Positions 13,266-26,600 are shown, counted from the stretch's first letter. The stretch: 64,000 bases of DNA from Octopus sinensis (GCF_006345805.1 NC_043015.1:50096001-50160000); one strand, 5' to 3'. Translations and numbers: made by a program. Notes: generated by a model not told the origin, from the sequence alone.

Positions 13266-15074
13266 CACATACAATGGGCTGACTTCCGTCTTTGTTTACC
13301 AAATCCATTCACAAGGCTTTAGTTGGTGTTGGGCTCTGGTAGAAAGCACTTGCCAACATGCTGCACAGTGGGATGCGACCCAAGTCCACACGGTTGGCAA
13401 GCAAGCTGCTTAACCACATAGCCGCTATAAATTTTTAAATTATGTAAATGTCTCTTAAGTCCTGATTGTGTTTTATGATGTTAAAAATAGACAAGACAGA
13501 ATGGCTAAGGCCTGTGTTGGTTGCCAACAGACAGGCTAATTGTATGCCAGTCCCAGAGCGATTCTCTTTCAGCTAATTGAACCAAAGCATTTAGAATTAT
13601 GTCTACTGTTGTCCAAATAACATACAGAAAGGAATGTGAGCAGACAAACTGAATTTATCGACTTTACCAGTTTATTTCCCCAGTATTGAAAGATGGCTGT
13701 GTGATCATCATCATCATCATCATCATCACCATCATCATCGTCGTCGTCATCATTTAACATCTGTTTTTCATGCTGGCTTGGGTTGGACAGTTTGATGGGA
13801 GCTGGTAAAACCAAGGGTCACACCAGGTTCCATTGTCTGTTTTGGCATGGTATATATGGCCGGGTGCCCTTCCTAATGCCAAGCACTTTAAAAAGTGTCT
13901 TCTTTTTCTTCTTCTTCTTAATCCGTTTTTCTCCCTTGTGGAGCATATGGCCGGTTTACCGGTTTCCTTGGCATATAGGTTCCCCACCTGGACGAGACAC
14001 CAGTCCGTCGCAGGTGAGCTGCAAGATGCAGGAGGAAAGAGTGAGAGAAAGTTGTGGCAAAAGAGTCAGCAGCAGTTCTCCATTACCTTCTGCTGGAGCC
14101 GCGTGTAGCTTAGGTGTTTCACTCATAAACACACACATCGCCTGGTCTGAGATTCGAACCCACAATCCCTCGACCACGAATCCGCTACTCTAACCACTAG
14201 GCCATGTACCTCCACTTACAAAGTGTACTGGGTGCTTTTTTTTACATGGCACTAGCACCAGTGCCTTTGAAGTGGCACTAGCACTTGGGCTTTTTATGTA
14301 GGACCAGTGATGTTTAAATGGCACAAGCACCAGTGCCTTTTTTATGGAACTACCACCGATGCTTTTGACATGACACCAATCACCAGTGCTTTTGTGACAC
14401 CAGCACCAGTGCTTTATCTAAACTTTCTAAATGTTTGACCTAAAAAACTAACTAAAATATTCATTCCCATTATTTTCAACATTGTCATCTTTAGAGTACA
14501 TTTTCCCATGTTCACATGGGTTTCATAAAATCTGTCAGTGCAAATTTTCTGTCTGTCTATCTGTCTTTCTCTCTCAGTCTCTCTCCTGCTCTCTTCATCT
14601 TTCTCTGTGTGTCTCTCTGTCGTTCTCTCTGGTCAGGTAACCATGTACCTCCCCTACAGCAAGACACCTGTTTCTGCTCTCCCCACCCTGTCTCACTATA
14701 ACCTTTCATCATCTGACACAAGATCACCTCCTCCTCCAATGCCCCCTCTCCTCTCAAAGGAACTTTGTCCTGCAAGTTACTTGGTGACCCTACCAATGCA
14801 GGTGCCACTTAAAAAGCATCCAGTCTGCACTGTAAACTGGTTGGCATTTGTAAGGGCATCCAACTGTAAAAACCTCGCCAAAACTGACCTCACTTGTGCT
14901 AGTGCCTTGAAAAAAGAACTCAGCCCACTCTGTTGGGTTGTTGGTGTTAGGAAGAGCATCCAGCCGTAGAAACTCTGCCAAAACAGATACAGAAGTCTGG
15001 TGCAATTTCCTTCCTGGTGCCATTTCTCAGTCAAACTGTCCAACCCATGGCAGCATGGAAAACGGATGTTAAAC

Positions 15075-15105
<31 letters not shown>

Positions 15106-16760
15106 GGAAATGAAGGATACTCATTTACTACTATCACATGACGTCATGACAAGAAGATATGCATACGCATGCACACACACACACATGTATATGTGTGTGT
15201 GTATATGCATGCACATGTGTGTGTGCATGCGTGCATGTGTGTACTTGTGTGTGCGTGTTTGTATATGCATGCACATGCGTGCATGTGTGTGTGCATGTGC
15301 ACATGTATGTGTCTGACAGGCTTCTTTCAGTTTCCATCCACCAAATCCACTCACAAAGCTTTGGTCAGCCTGGGGTCTATAATAGAATACTGTTGCCCAA
15401 GGTGCCACACAGTGGGACTGAACCCAAACCCATGCAGTTGGGAAACAACCTTCTCAACCACACAGGTATACTTAAGCCTATTGTCTTCAACATTGCATAT
15501 CTCTTGTTATCATTAAGTATATTATGATAAGTATACCACCAAATAAACATAACACTACACCATGATAAGACATGCTGCGATAAAAGATAAACTGTAATAT
15601 GAAGGCACAGCTGTGACTGTGGGGTAGGTAGTCTGTTTCCCAACCACATGGTTCCAGGTTCTGTCCCACTGCGTGGCACCTTGGGCAAGTGTCTTCAACT
15701 ATAGCCTTATGTGTGGGTTTGGTAGATGGGAACTGAAAGAAGCACATCATATATGTGATTGAGTCTACATTTGTCCACCACCACTGCTTGACAACTGGTG
15801 TTGGTGTGTTTACATCCCCGTAATTTAACAGTTTGGCAAAAGACACTGATAGAATAAGTAACAGGCTTAAACAAAAAATATAAGTACTAGGGTTAATTCA
15901 TTTGACTAAAAGCTCTTTGTGACAGAGCCCCAGCATGGCCACAGTCCAATGACTGAAACATGCAAAAGATAAAAGATAAATGAAAGATGTGATAAATCAA
16001 TAACAGCAGGATAAAATAATTACCTAATTTATTTATACCGCTGTTAATTATATTTGGGGCAAATGAGGAAAATATTTGAAATATATTAATTCAATAATCA
16101 AATCTAGGTTAGCTAAAAACCAGTGGAGAAATATCTTGTTAATACAGTGTTAAAAATGTATGTCACACACAAACCACTTTCAGACATGGGTTAACAACAC
16201 CGGTAAACAATGGACTTCATAAGCAACATAACTCAATCGACTTACATAATCTGTGTTGGCTGACAGAAGCCAGCACAACAACAGAGAGGTGTTTGTGTTT
16301 AACTTGTGTAAATGACAATGGCATGACTTTAAGTCTGTACGCTTCTAGGTGACTTTTAAAGTTTTAACCTTCAATGATAATATCACCGGCAAAAGATATT
16401 GTTTGTTTTGTCTTTATTTTTGTTTTGTTTTATTTTGTTGTCTTCATTTTTATTTTATTTATATCATTTAAAAACAACTTTTTTTTAAAAAAAAAAAAAG
16501 TGTTATTTAACATTCCAATATTGTTTCATTCCCCCATTTTTTAAAAATCTTATTTATGTCATTTGAAAAAAAAAAACTTTATAGGCACAGGAGTGGCTGT
16601 GTGGTAAGTAGCTTGCTTACCAACCGCATAGTTCCGGGTTCAGTCCCACTGCATGGCACCTTGGGCAAGTGTCTTCTACTATAGCCTCGGACCGACCAAA
16701 GCCTTGTGAGTGGAATTGGTAGACGGAAATTGAAAGAAGCCCGTCGTATATATGTATATG

Positions 16761-16858
<98 letters not shown>

Positions 16859-17411
16859 GGCTTCTTTCAGTTTCCATCTACCAAATCCATGTGGTTGGGA
16901 AGCAAGCTTCTTACCACACAGCCATACCTATACACACACACGCACTCACACACACACACACACTTTTTTTTTCTTCTTTTTTGCCATGTGTGAGTTACAA
17001 ATATTGTTGTCTGTGGAGACATATTTTTGTAGAAAAAGGAAATAGTAGTCTTTTGGCTGCTATTTCTAAAATTTTCAGTATGTGGTCAAGCAACTTGTTG
17101 CAAAACCTTATTGTTATAATTATATATAAAAAAAAAACATTTTGTATAAGTTTTTACCGAATATGGCCCTTTTCCATACCAAAAAACTACTAAGTGAAAT
17201 TTGTTGATTTTATTAAATTAATTATCTTTCACCCTATATCTGTAATATATACACTCTCGGAGTGGTTGGCGTTAGGAAGGGCATCCAGCTGTAGAAACAC
17301 TGCCAGATCTGACTGGACTGGTGCAGCTTTCGGGCTCCCCAGACCCAGTTGAACCGTCCAACCCATGCTAGCATGGAAAGCGGACGTTAAATGATGATGA
17401 TGATGATGATG

Positions 17412-17450
<39 letters not shown>

Positions 17451-17451
17451 A

Positions 17452-17829
17452 CTAGCAGTATCGCCGGCGTTGCTCAGGTTTGTAAGGGAAATAACTATAA
17501 AGCATTTTAGAGAGTTATAGCCAAAAAATAGCCAAAAGATGGAAAAAAATGATGGTAAATTTTTTTTTAGTTAAAAAAGGTGGAGTTGCGTCCCCTAGAC
17601 AGTTTGCGGTTTGTGTTTCTGATTCTCGACCCCATGTCGAATTTATCGATTTTTTTCAGAACTGGGGGAACTTTTCAAAATTTTCGCTGCGTTAGTTTTG
17701 AATTATGACATTGGGCTATGTGTGTGTCAAGTTTCATCAGAATCGGTTGAAAGCCGTGGTCAGGGTGAGGGTACGAGAAAACAGACACACAGAAACACGC
17801 ACAGACAAACTGCTGTTTATATAGAGAGA
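17452..17829 (-). mobile_element. Non-autonomous Helitron
   Basis: On the minus strand begins TC and ends CTAG, preceded by a GC-rich subterminal hairpin (cgccggcgttgctcagg on +). Sits between A and T in (TA)n with no TSD. Confidence 0.7.
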
Positions 17830-17860
17830 TATATATATATATACATTTTTTTTTTTTTGC

Positions 17861-18347
17861 TTGTTTTCTTCATTGGACAGTGGCCATACTAGGATTCCTG
17901 CATTGAAGGGGTCAGCCAAACAAATTTACCCCAGTATTTATTTATTTATTTATTTTTTTTAGTTTTGGCACTTACTCCATGGACCTTTTTTGCCAAACTG
18001 TTAAGTTACAGAGATGTAAACAAACCAACACCTGTTGTCAAGCGGTTGAGGGAAATGAACACAAACAAACACACACACACATCTATCTATCCATCTATCT
18101 TCCACCCTGTGTTTGTTTGTTTGTGTGTTTGTTTGTGTTCATTCCCCTCAACCGCTTGACAACAGGTGTTGGTTTGTTTACGTCTCTGTAACTTAACATT
18201 GGCAAAAAAGGTCCATGGAGTAAGTGCCAAAACTATAAAAAAATGATTAGATAAATAAATAAATAAATAAATACTGGGGTAAATTTGTTTGGCTGACCCC
18301 TTCAAGGCAGGAATCCTAGTATGGCCACTGTCCAATGAAGAAAACAA
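17861..18347. repeat. Long inverted repeat (arms about 220 bp) made of a diverged family B SINE tail
   Basis: 17861-18078 is the near-perfect reverse complement of about 18108-18347. Confidence 0.92.
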
Positions 18348-18766
18348 AAAAAAAAAGAAGCTAGAAAATAAAAGACAGAAATTGAATGCAAGACAGAAAA
18401 ATGTAATTAAGCAAGAGATAATGAAATTAAGAAAATTAATTAAATGAATGATAATAATATAATTATAAAAATAAAAGAGACAAATGAAAACTTACCAAAT
18501 TGTCAATTTTTAAAAAGAAATCTCTAAATCTATTAATTAACATTCAAGTTAATCAACTAGATAGAGAACTTTCATTTAATTAGTTTTAAATATTTAAAGG
18601 TATTTAATTTGAGTCTGTTATTAATAGGTTTATGCTTTTATTTTATTGTTTTTTCCAATTAACTTTTACTTGTTACGGTCATTAGACTGTGGCCATGCTG
18701 GGGCACAGCAATGAAGAATTTTTAGTTGAATGAATCAACCCAAGTATTAATTTTTTGCATTATGCA

Positions 18767-19583
18767 CGTTATTTACATTATTTACATTTGATGGATATTT
18801 GTCCTCATCTTTGTTGTTAACACGTTTCGGTGGATATACCCTCCAGCCTTCATCAGGTGTCTTGGGGAAATTTTGAACCTGGGTTCTCATTCTTAAGGTA
18901 TTTTTTGATGTTATTATTATTATTATTATTATTGAGTGAGAGAGCAGCGCATGCTATCAAAGTAACACTGGGGTAAAATATACGAAGCCCAGTATACCCA
19001 TCATGACTACCCGTCTGATAAGGGTACACTAGGCACATGCATCACAATCATATGTGCGCAACATGGTGATCTCATATCAAGATAAACAGTGCATGACCTT
19101 GCAGGTAGGGCCCAGTTAGAATTTTCTTCTGGTCAAGTAACCCATCCTGCTCAAAAGGTCCCTGAATAAGGGTTGTTTAAGGAATGTTGAATGAAACACT
19201 CATGTTTCCAGAGGTGAATTATTCAAACCCCAAAGAATCCCTCTCAACACATGGCTATGATGCTCCCCACTACTTCTGCTCGTGATCAGAGATGCAGATA
19301 TCGTCAGCCACTAAGGGACATGCTCAACTGGTTATGGTCAAACAACTGACATGCAAATCTGTGGTATTGAGCAGAATATTTGCTGTAGCCCATCTTTTAT
19401 ACCAAGACAAAACAATGTACATGATAACACTTCCAATTAGTTAAGATCAGAAGCCATGAGAGCCACTGCCTGGTACTGCATCAGGGCATTTATTATTATT
19501 ATTATTATTATTATTCAGGTCACTGCCTGGAATAGAACTCGGAATCTTGGGTTTAGTAGCCCACGCTCTTAACCACTACACCA
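18767..19583 (-). mobile_element. tRNA-headed hammerhead-like element (copy 2), split by a nested insertion
   Basis: Head at 19516-19583 and tail at 18767-18910, both on the minus strand. Canonical CTGATGA (18850-18856) and GAAA (18825-18828). Confidence 0.75.
18934..19489 (-). mobile_element. Second copy of the (AAT)n-embedded element, nested in a tRNA/hammerhead element
   Basis: Reverse complement of 1575-2111 with a slightly longer 5' end; (ATT)n on both sides. Confidence 0.85.
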
Positions 19584-19949
19584 AACAAGATAAGGACATG
19601 CAACATGAAATCGCATGCTTTGCTCAAGAACACAACACCACCCAGTTCAAGAAATGAAACCATGATTTTATGATTATGAATCAACACTCTAACCACTAGA
19701 CCATAAACCTTAGTGGGAGAATGGGTAAGGCAGTGACTATAATGAATGAAGAAAAATATGTGTTGAGTGAAGGACATAGGGAAGCGGGGGCGAGAATCAC
19801 ACAGGAAATTCACTTCACTGAAATCTTAGCTCACCAACACAACACCTGTCACCAAGATTTTTAAGTAAGTGTTTCTTATACGAACATGAAACCTGATATT
19901 TTTAGGAACAGGGAAGTTGTGACATTCATGTCATTTGCAAACGCATTAG

Positions 19950-20260
19950 TTTGTTTTTTGGTTCCTTCTCGAGCCATGCCTGGCTCATAAGGGCCGGTTT
20001 CCCAGTTTCCTTGGCGTGTAGGTTCCCCACTTGGACAGGACGCTGGTCCATCACAGGTGAAGTTGCAAGATGCAGGAGGAAAGAGTGAGAGAAAGTTGTG
20101 GCGAAAGAGTCAGCAGAAGTTTCGCCATTACCTTCTGCCGGAGCCGCGTGGAGTTTAGGTGTTTTGCTCATAAATACACACATCGTCCGGTCTGAGATTC
20201 GAACCCGCGATCCCTCGACCACGAATCTGCTGCTCTAACCACTAGGCCATGTGTCTCCAC
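19950..20260 (-). mobile_element. tRNA-derived SINE family D
   Basis: Minus-strand head gtggagacacatggcctagtggttagagcag..gggttcgaatctc (A and B boxes). Second copy at 13930-14215; related elements at 20265-20515, 7930-8070, 44140-44360. Confidence 0.8.
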
Positions 20261-20796
20261 TAAATAAATGCGCCCTTTTAAAGCCTAGCCAGGCTCATGG
20301 GCCCAGTTTCCCGGTTTCTATGGCATATGTGTTCCCCAGCTGGACAGGATGCCAGTCCATCGCAGCGTTACTCATTTTTGCCAGCTGAGTGGACTGGAGC
20401 AACATGAAATGAAGTGTCTTGTTCAAGAACACAATGCGTCGCCCGGTCCAGGAATCTTACAATCTTACAATCATGATGCTGACACCCTAACCACTAAGCT
20501 ACACACCTCCACACAAACACATTAGTGATGGAAGAGAAAAGAATTAATTCCAAACGAGGCAGAGAAATATGGTAATCTGCATAAGATGTTAAATAGATGG
20601 TATGACATTAGTTTTGAAATGGATTTGATAATTACCTATTTTTTTTATCTTTTACTCTCTTCAGTCATTAGACTGCAGTCATGCTTGAGCACTGTCTTGA
20701 AGAATTTTTAGCCAAACTAATCAAAATCAACCACAGTGCTTATTTTCTTTTTAAGCCTGGTGTTTATTCCATCAGATTCTTAAAGAGAAGAACAGG

Positions 20797-21405
20797 TGTT
20801 AAAACCCAAATAGGTTGATTTTTCTTAGCTTAGTAGACAAGTATTTCCCACATACACTTAGGTTCAGCAAAATATTCAGCAGACATACCTGGAGAATTTC
20901 CTTTAGCTATGCACTCAGTGTAAAAAAGATCTGAGTAGGTAGGCCCACACCTGAGGCAGAGGCAAAATGCTCATGCAGGGGTAACACAACATGTCCACTG
21001 AATGACCACTGTAACATGGAGACCATTGTATATGAGGCAGAGGTGACAGCCATGCGACCAAATGGGCATCCAGATGTGTGAAAGTATATGGGAGCAACTG
21101 AAGGCCCCTTCAGAACCCACTGTAACAACCACATCCTGGAGAGATGCAACATCACAACCCTGGCCAAGCATGTTTGGTCTTTGAAAGAAAGCGGCCCCAA
21201 GTACAGTATCAAGTGGAAGATTCTAGAGAAATGTAAACCACACTTCGATAGTAGCAGAAAGTGCAGGTTATGCCTAGCTGAGAAAAGAGTGATTTTAAAG
21301 AGCACTCAACACCCAGGCAATTACCTGAATAGCAGAAGTGAAATATTTAATCATTGCCCACATGAAAGGAAGTACATCCTATCATACCTGCATGCCCCAT
21401 CATGA
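20797..21405 (+). mobile_element. Penelope-like retroelement fossil (Naiad-type linker plus GIY-YIG endonuclease)
   Basis: One frame reads FLSLVDKYFPHTLRFSKIFSRHTWRISFS..*..KCSCRGNTTCPLNDHCNMETIVYEAEV..*KYMGATEGPF..TTLAKHVWSLK..KWKIL..CRLCLAEK..LNSRSEIFNHCPH. IVY/YMG correspond to GIY-YIG; two in-frame stops indicate decay. Confidence 0.85.
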
Positions 21406-22072
21406 CTATAATCACCAGTCCCCCAGCTTCAGCCCTCCACCAATACTCTCGAGTCAGGCAAGGAGTTCGACCAGAGCATACACTAATGCACCCACAAGCA
21501 AACACACATACCCCAACATGGTGAACACCTACCCAATAGACTTTTTTCCACCATCCCCAATATAAAGTCTCACATATATTTATTTCTTTATTGCTAAACA
21601 TAGAGGGAACAAACGAGGACAGAGAAAGGGATTAAGTCGATTACATCAACCCAAGTGTGTAACTGGTACTTGTTTAATCAACACCGAAAGGATGAAAGGC
21701 AAAGTCAACCATGGCGGAATTTGAACTCAGAACGTAATGTACAAGTGCAGCATATCACCAAAGGTCTGAATCATTTGTCAACATCTCCATGAGACCCAAC
21801 ATTCAAAGATCATGCTTCACCACCTCAGCCCATGTTTTCTCGGGTCCACCTCTTTCACAGGTTCCCTCAACATTAACAGATCAGCACTTCTTTATGCAGC
21901 TGTCCATGACCATACGTATGTTAAATGTTCAACTTTTATTTGAAATGAGCCTTAAACCCTTTCAATACCCACCTGCTTAGGACTACATTGAATCCTTCCA
22001 TCAAAATTTCATGTTAATCTGTTTCAATCACTAGGTTAATAATGACAAAATTTTTTTATTAAATCCTTCATT

Positions 22073-22460
22073 AGGCATAGGAGTGGCTGTGTGGTAAGTA
22101 GCTTGCTTACCAACCACATGGTTCTGGGTTCAGTCCCACTGCGTGGCACCTTGGGCAAGAGTCTTCGACTGTAGCCTCGGGCTGACCAAAGCCTTGTGAG
22201 TGAATTTGGTAGACGGAAATTGAAAGAAGCCCGTCGTATATATATGTGTGTGTGTATATGTTTGTCCCCCCAACATCGCTTGACAACCGATGTGGGTGTC
22301 TTTGCATCCCAGTAACTTAGCAGTTCGGCAAAAAGAAACCGATAGAATAAGTACTAGGCTTAAAAAGAATAAATCCTGGGGTTGATTTGCTCAACTAAAG
22401 GCGGTGCTCTAGCATGGCCACAGTCAAATGACAGAAACAAGTAAAAGTAACAGAAAAGAA
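22073..22460 (+). mobile_element. tRNA/CORE-like SINE family B
   Basis: ggagtggctgtgtggtaagtagcttgcttaccaaccacatggttc..gcaccttgggcaag..internal (TA)/(TG) tract..gaaacaagtaaaag. Copies near 13270-13425, 15313-15470, 15602-15980, 16582-16750, 36860-37325, 54508-54880, 56290-56452. Confidence 0.85.
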
Positions 22461-23099
22461 TATTCTGAAAATATGGCAAGAAAAGGGTTAAACGAAGAAT
22501 TACTATAAGGTACCTCCATTTAAATATTTCATAGCAGGTACAAAGCTTTGAATTTATAGGGCAGGTGAAAATAGATTGTGTGACATATTTATTTCAAGAA
22601 AGCTATAAATTAAGCGGGAAGGTTACAATAGGGAATTGCTTATATTTACCCTGCAAGTTAAATAATATGCATTTGTTTGATTCAGTATAAAAGGTGGGAA
22701 GACTTTTAATAAACTAGCTTTCTTGTGTGATTACAATTTCAGTTTTCCCAGTTGTCTGTTGTGTTGCCAACACGAATGACCCTCAAGGACTTAGTAGTCA
22801 GTAGCTTAGATACAACTTAATTATTTTTATTAAAGTGAAATTCACAATCTATTATGTTGAATCTAAAATTAAAATGTTATTAATAGTAACTAGCAAGTTA
22901 CTATAGAGTGAAGAGAGAAAGATAGAGAGATGGTATGGGGAGAGGGGTTCGTTTGAGCACCTGTCTTATAATAATGATGGACTGTCCGAATTACTCTTGT
23001 ATTGTCTGGAGGCTGTGAACGAAATCCGAGGTGAAAATATTTCGTCGGAGACGAGCACATAAATTAATGACTCGTCCAGCAGTTATCAGCGACTAATTA

Positions 23100-23469
23100 A
23101 TGATGCTAGTACCCTCAAGGTAGCAGCCATTAGCGAAGTGTTATCATGGCATAAGTAACACGTGACCTTATCGCCAGCGAAACACGACATTAAGAAAGAA
23201 AAATTTTAAATGAAGTCTATCGATTGCAGCAATCAATTTAGCAAAGTACGTAATAATTCGGGCAACTTCGTAACATTCCGTCAGTGACGACTTTTCAGCG
23301 GCGGACATTGCCGAAGTAGTGCCTGGAACATCGAACTCTAATTGGTTGAAAAAGCTCAGTGCTTGTTAGTAATTGCAGCAGCTTTGTACCACTCCGGGAG
23401 AGATCTCTGGCGTCGTGTGGCCGATTTCAGGAACAACTAATATCCATTACCACAGCGTAATTTTTAGAA
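23100..23469 (+). promoter_or_regulatory. Putative promoter and 5' UTR of the ATPase beta gene
   Basis: Repeat-free, CpG-rich stretch directly upstream of exon 1. E-box CACGTGAC at 23159-23166, palindromic CGTCA-G-TGACG at 23279-23289, inverted CCAAT (ATTGG) at 23341-23345, TCAGT at 23356-23360. TSS not determinable. Confidence 0.55.
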
Positions 23470-23602
23470 ATGGCTAGTTCTGATGTCGATCCGGTTTCTG
23501 CCCCTAGTCAAGCGGGGATTCGACAGAGTTTGGATGATTTTTTAGTATTTCTTTACAACCGCGATACTGGTGAGGTGTGTGGACGAACTGGTAAAAGCTG
23601 GG
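23470..23602 (+). CDS. ATP1B: Na+/K+-ATPase beta subunit, coding exon 1 (cytoplasmic N-terminus)
   Basis: ATG at 23470 opens MASSDVDPVSAPSQAGIRQSLDDFLVFLYNRDTGEVCGRTGKSW. FLYN...E..GRT..SW is the hallmark N-terminal motif of X,K-ATPase beta subunits. Ends G|gtacgt (phase 1 donor at 23603). Confidence 0.93.
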
Positions 23603-26600
23603 GTACGTTGTATTTTATGTTTGCTTTCTGCTAAATTTTAACTATTATGAAATATTTCTTTATTTGTTAATAATTTTCGCATCTTTATCCTATAAATTGC
23701 AACGTATTTTAAGATTTGTCCTACGATCCCCTCGTTAATGTATCGCTAAGGTATTATATTTCATTGAGCTTCAGTGAGACTTGATATATTTTCAAAGTAA
23801 TTTTTTATATCTTTTTTCCTAACCGCCTTAATTGGTATTTACGAGGAAAAAATCGTTAGATTCAAGATTAAAATTATGTGAAAATGAAATTAATTTATTA
23901 TCCCCACCCTCCAAAATCCAACCTAGATAGAAAAGTACGTTTAAATGTTTGACCTTAATTAGGTAATTTTTATAAATGGTCTCATGCTTTGTAGTCTTGA
24001 TGTCATTGCTCCCTCATCGTCCCGTTCGCTTTTAACCTATTGACTTTTTGCTGAAATACCATTATGTCTGTTTAGGACACCCAAAGTAAATGGATCTGGG
24101 GAAATCAGCTAATTCTAGATGTCATTGAAAACAACCCTGTCCACTTTTACCGTATTCATTGAATGCACATCGATATAGTGTGCAGTGTTTGCAGAGGTTA
24201 AATTTATCTGTATTGTTTTTTTGTTTGTTTGTTTCTGCTAATAATAATAATAATAATAACAAGAACAAAAAAAAAACATCTCAAATGTTTTCACTTCATT
24301 AAATGAAAATACGTGGACATTGTTTTAATCTTCATTTGTTTCCCGAAAGCGAGCGCTTGATTTCGAGGAAATTTCCTCTGTCGGTTTTCTTCCCTCGTAA
24401 CCTTGACGCTAGCTGAAGCAAGTGAATGAAGGTGAAACAGATCGAAGATGATTTTTGCTTTCACTTTGCTCTGGACAGCTGATACAAAGCTGAACGTTAG
24501 CATCATCTATAATGTCACTTTCTCTATTTCTTAACAATTAATAGATCAGTGATTGGTTTATATTTATATTAATAATTATTATCATCGATATTATCGTTGT
24601 TACTTTTCAGAGCAGGCTCTCGCTGCATTAGCAATTGACTCGACTCCTCACACCCCGTTTATTTTAATATATTTTATCAGTAAATGACATCGACTTACTG
24701 CTTTGCGGGATTATCCGTTAAATATCACTATCAAATTATCTCCGACCCTTAATTTAATATTGCTAATATATTTCCAACTGTCGAGATAAATCAATTGATG
24801 TTTGTTTTGGTTTATAGAGACACACTGCTTTCCACTATTCTGCAACAGTGCAATAGTAGTTTTCCTACATTTTTAGCCCTCCTGCTCTCATTCCTCCTCC
24901 TCTTAGCCTTTATTCTAAATTTTCATTTCTCCCCTATCAAGATTTTGTTTTCCTTTCGTCCTTAAATTCCTCGATCGCCTATGATCGAACCTGGTTAAGT
25001 AATAAATAACCTGTAGCCCAAACATGTCAAACCATTTTTCTTTCTTTTTCTCAGTCTTATTTTTTTCCCCTCTTTTATAATAAAACCTTTAAGGATGAAA
25101 TATATTGAAAGTGCGAAAGAAGTCTCCTGTTGAAGCTCATTATTAATCCTCTCCTCTTCTCGATTGTTCATGTTTTTGCAATATGGATGGAATCGATATA
25201 CTCCTATTCCTTAACGCTCCTTTCTATTCATAACTGATTCTACTGGCTTCTTTCCCGAGCTTTTATCCATTCTATTTATCGATTTCTATCTAGAAATTTT
25301 CCCTCGGTCTCTCTCTAGCACTCTACGTTTACAGCCTTCGTTATTTATATCGTTGTTAAATGCGGTAAAAAAAAAAAAAATAAATAAAAAACCGTAGCCA
25401 AATGTTGCAATAATAGAATCGATGGATTTACATTACGTGTGGGTTATTCGATTTATATCAAAACTTATCGGTTGGAATAAAGGAGCTGTCGAAACCGCCA
25501 ACGTCAGAACACCAGGCGTAAACGTTACGATACAAAAACCAGATATTTATGGTTTCAAATTAAGACAGGTTTTGTAGTCGTTAGATGATGATGATGATGA
25601 TGATCGTGTGTAGCAGCACCACCTATGCGTGATTCGATCGTGTAGCTAGTCCTTACGGAGATTTGATCTTTTTATTATTTTTTTTTAGTTAATTTCATTT
25701 TTTTAGAAAAATATCGTTTTAGAAATGGTGATGGTTTAATTGGAGTAAAAAATTTTCCTCCTAACATTAACTAAACGCTCATCTCTTTCTCTTTTCTTTC
25801 TCTCTCTCTCTCTCTCTCCGACTCTACTTAAATGTCATTTTAAAGTAGTTTATTTTCGTGGTTTACTAATCCGTTTAGTTTTGAGTGATTTACAAGATAA
25901 TTTTATTTAAATAAACTATTTCTCTATCGTATCTTTACTACATTCATCATGCTCATATCTTATCCTATTACTCTCCTCCAATGACGTATTTCTCACTTAT
26001 CCACCCCCATCTCACACACTTATTTCAAACATTACCTAATACTGTCTTGTCTTTTTCCTTTTCTTAATTCCCCCCACATATATTATTTCTTTTTATCTTA
26101 TCTTAAATTATCTATCTTTCCATCCATCCATCCTTCTACCTAATGTTTTTTTTTTTCATTTAAAGGACAAAAAAAAAAGATGTAATATAACATGCTTTCG
26201 TTAAATGTCATCTCTTGGTATCCTTCTTAATTCTGTTGATCGGCACATATTTTTTTTTTATCTTATCTTATTGTAAGAGAACATCGCTGCGAGCTGGTTG
26301 ACCTAGTTTGTTTTAGAACTTGGGTCACTGCACTGGAAAGGTCATTTCTCTACACCACACGATTTTATTTTAGCTATTCGAAATTCTGAAACCAATTTCT
26401 AATCGATAGATAGCATTTCGGTTAATAAGGCTTTAATAGTTATTTCTACTACAGGCACAAGACCTGTAGCTTGATGGGGGAGGGTCGAGACGGTTACACC
26501 AACGTCAAATCTTAGCTGATACTTCATCGATTTCGAGACGACGAATGGCAAAGTCGACCTCGGCGGCATTTGAACTCAGAACATAAAATAACGGCGTGCT

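Noticed and set aside
13783-14193. 136 aa ORF and overlapping antisense ORFs
   Set aside because: They span two adjacent SINEs (families C and D), and the same peptide text recurs at 19926-20222.
21079-21081. In-frame TGA in the Naiad-like fossil as a selenocysteine codon
   Set aside because: It is not at a conserved Cys position, CGA-to-TGA decay is the simpler explanation, and the element has another stop and a frameshift.
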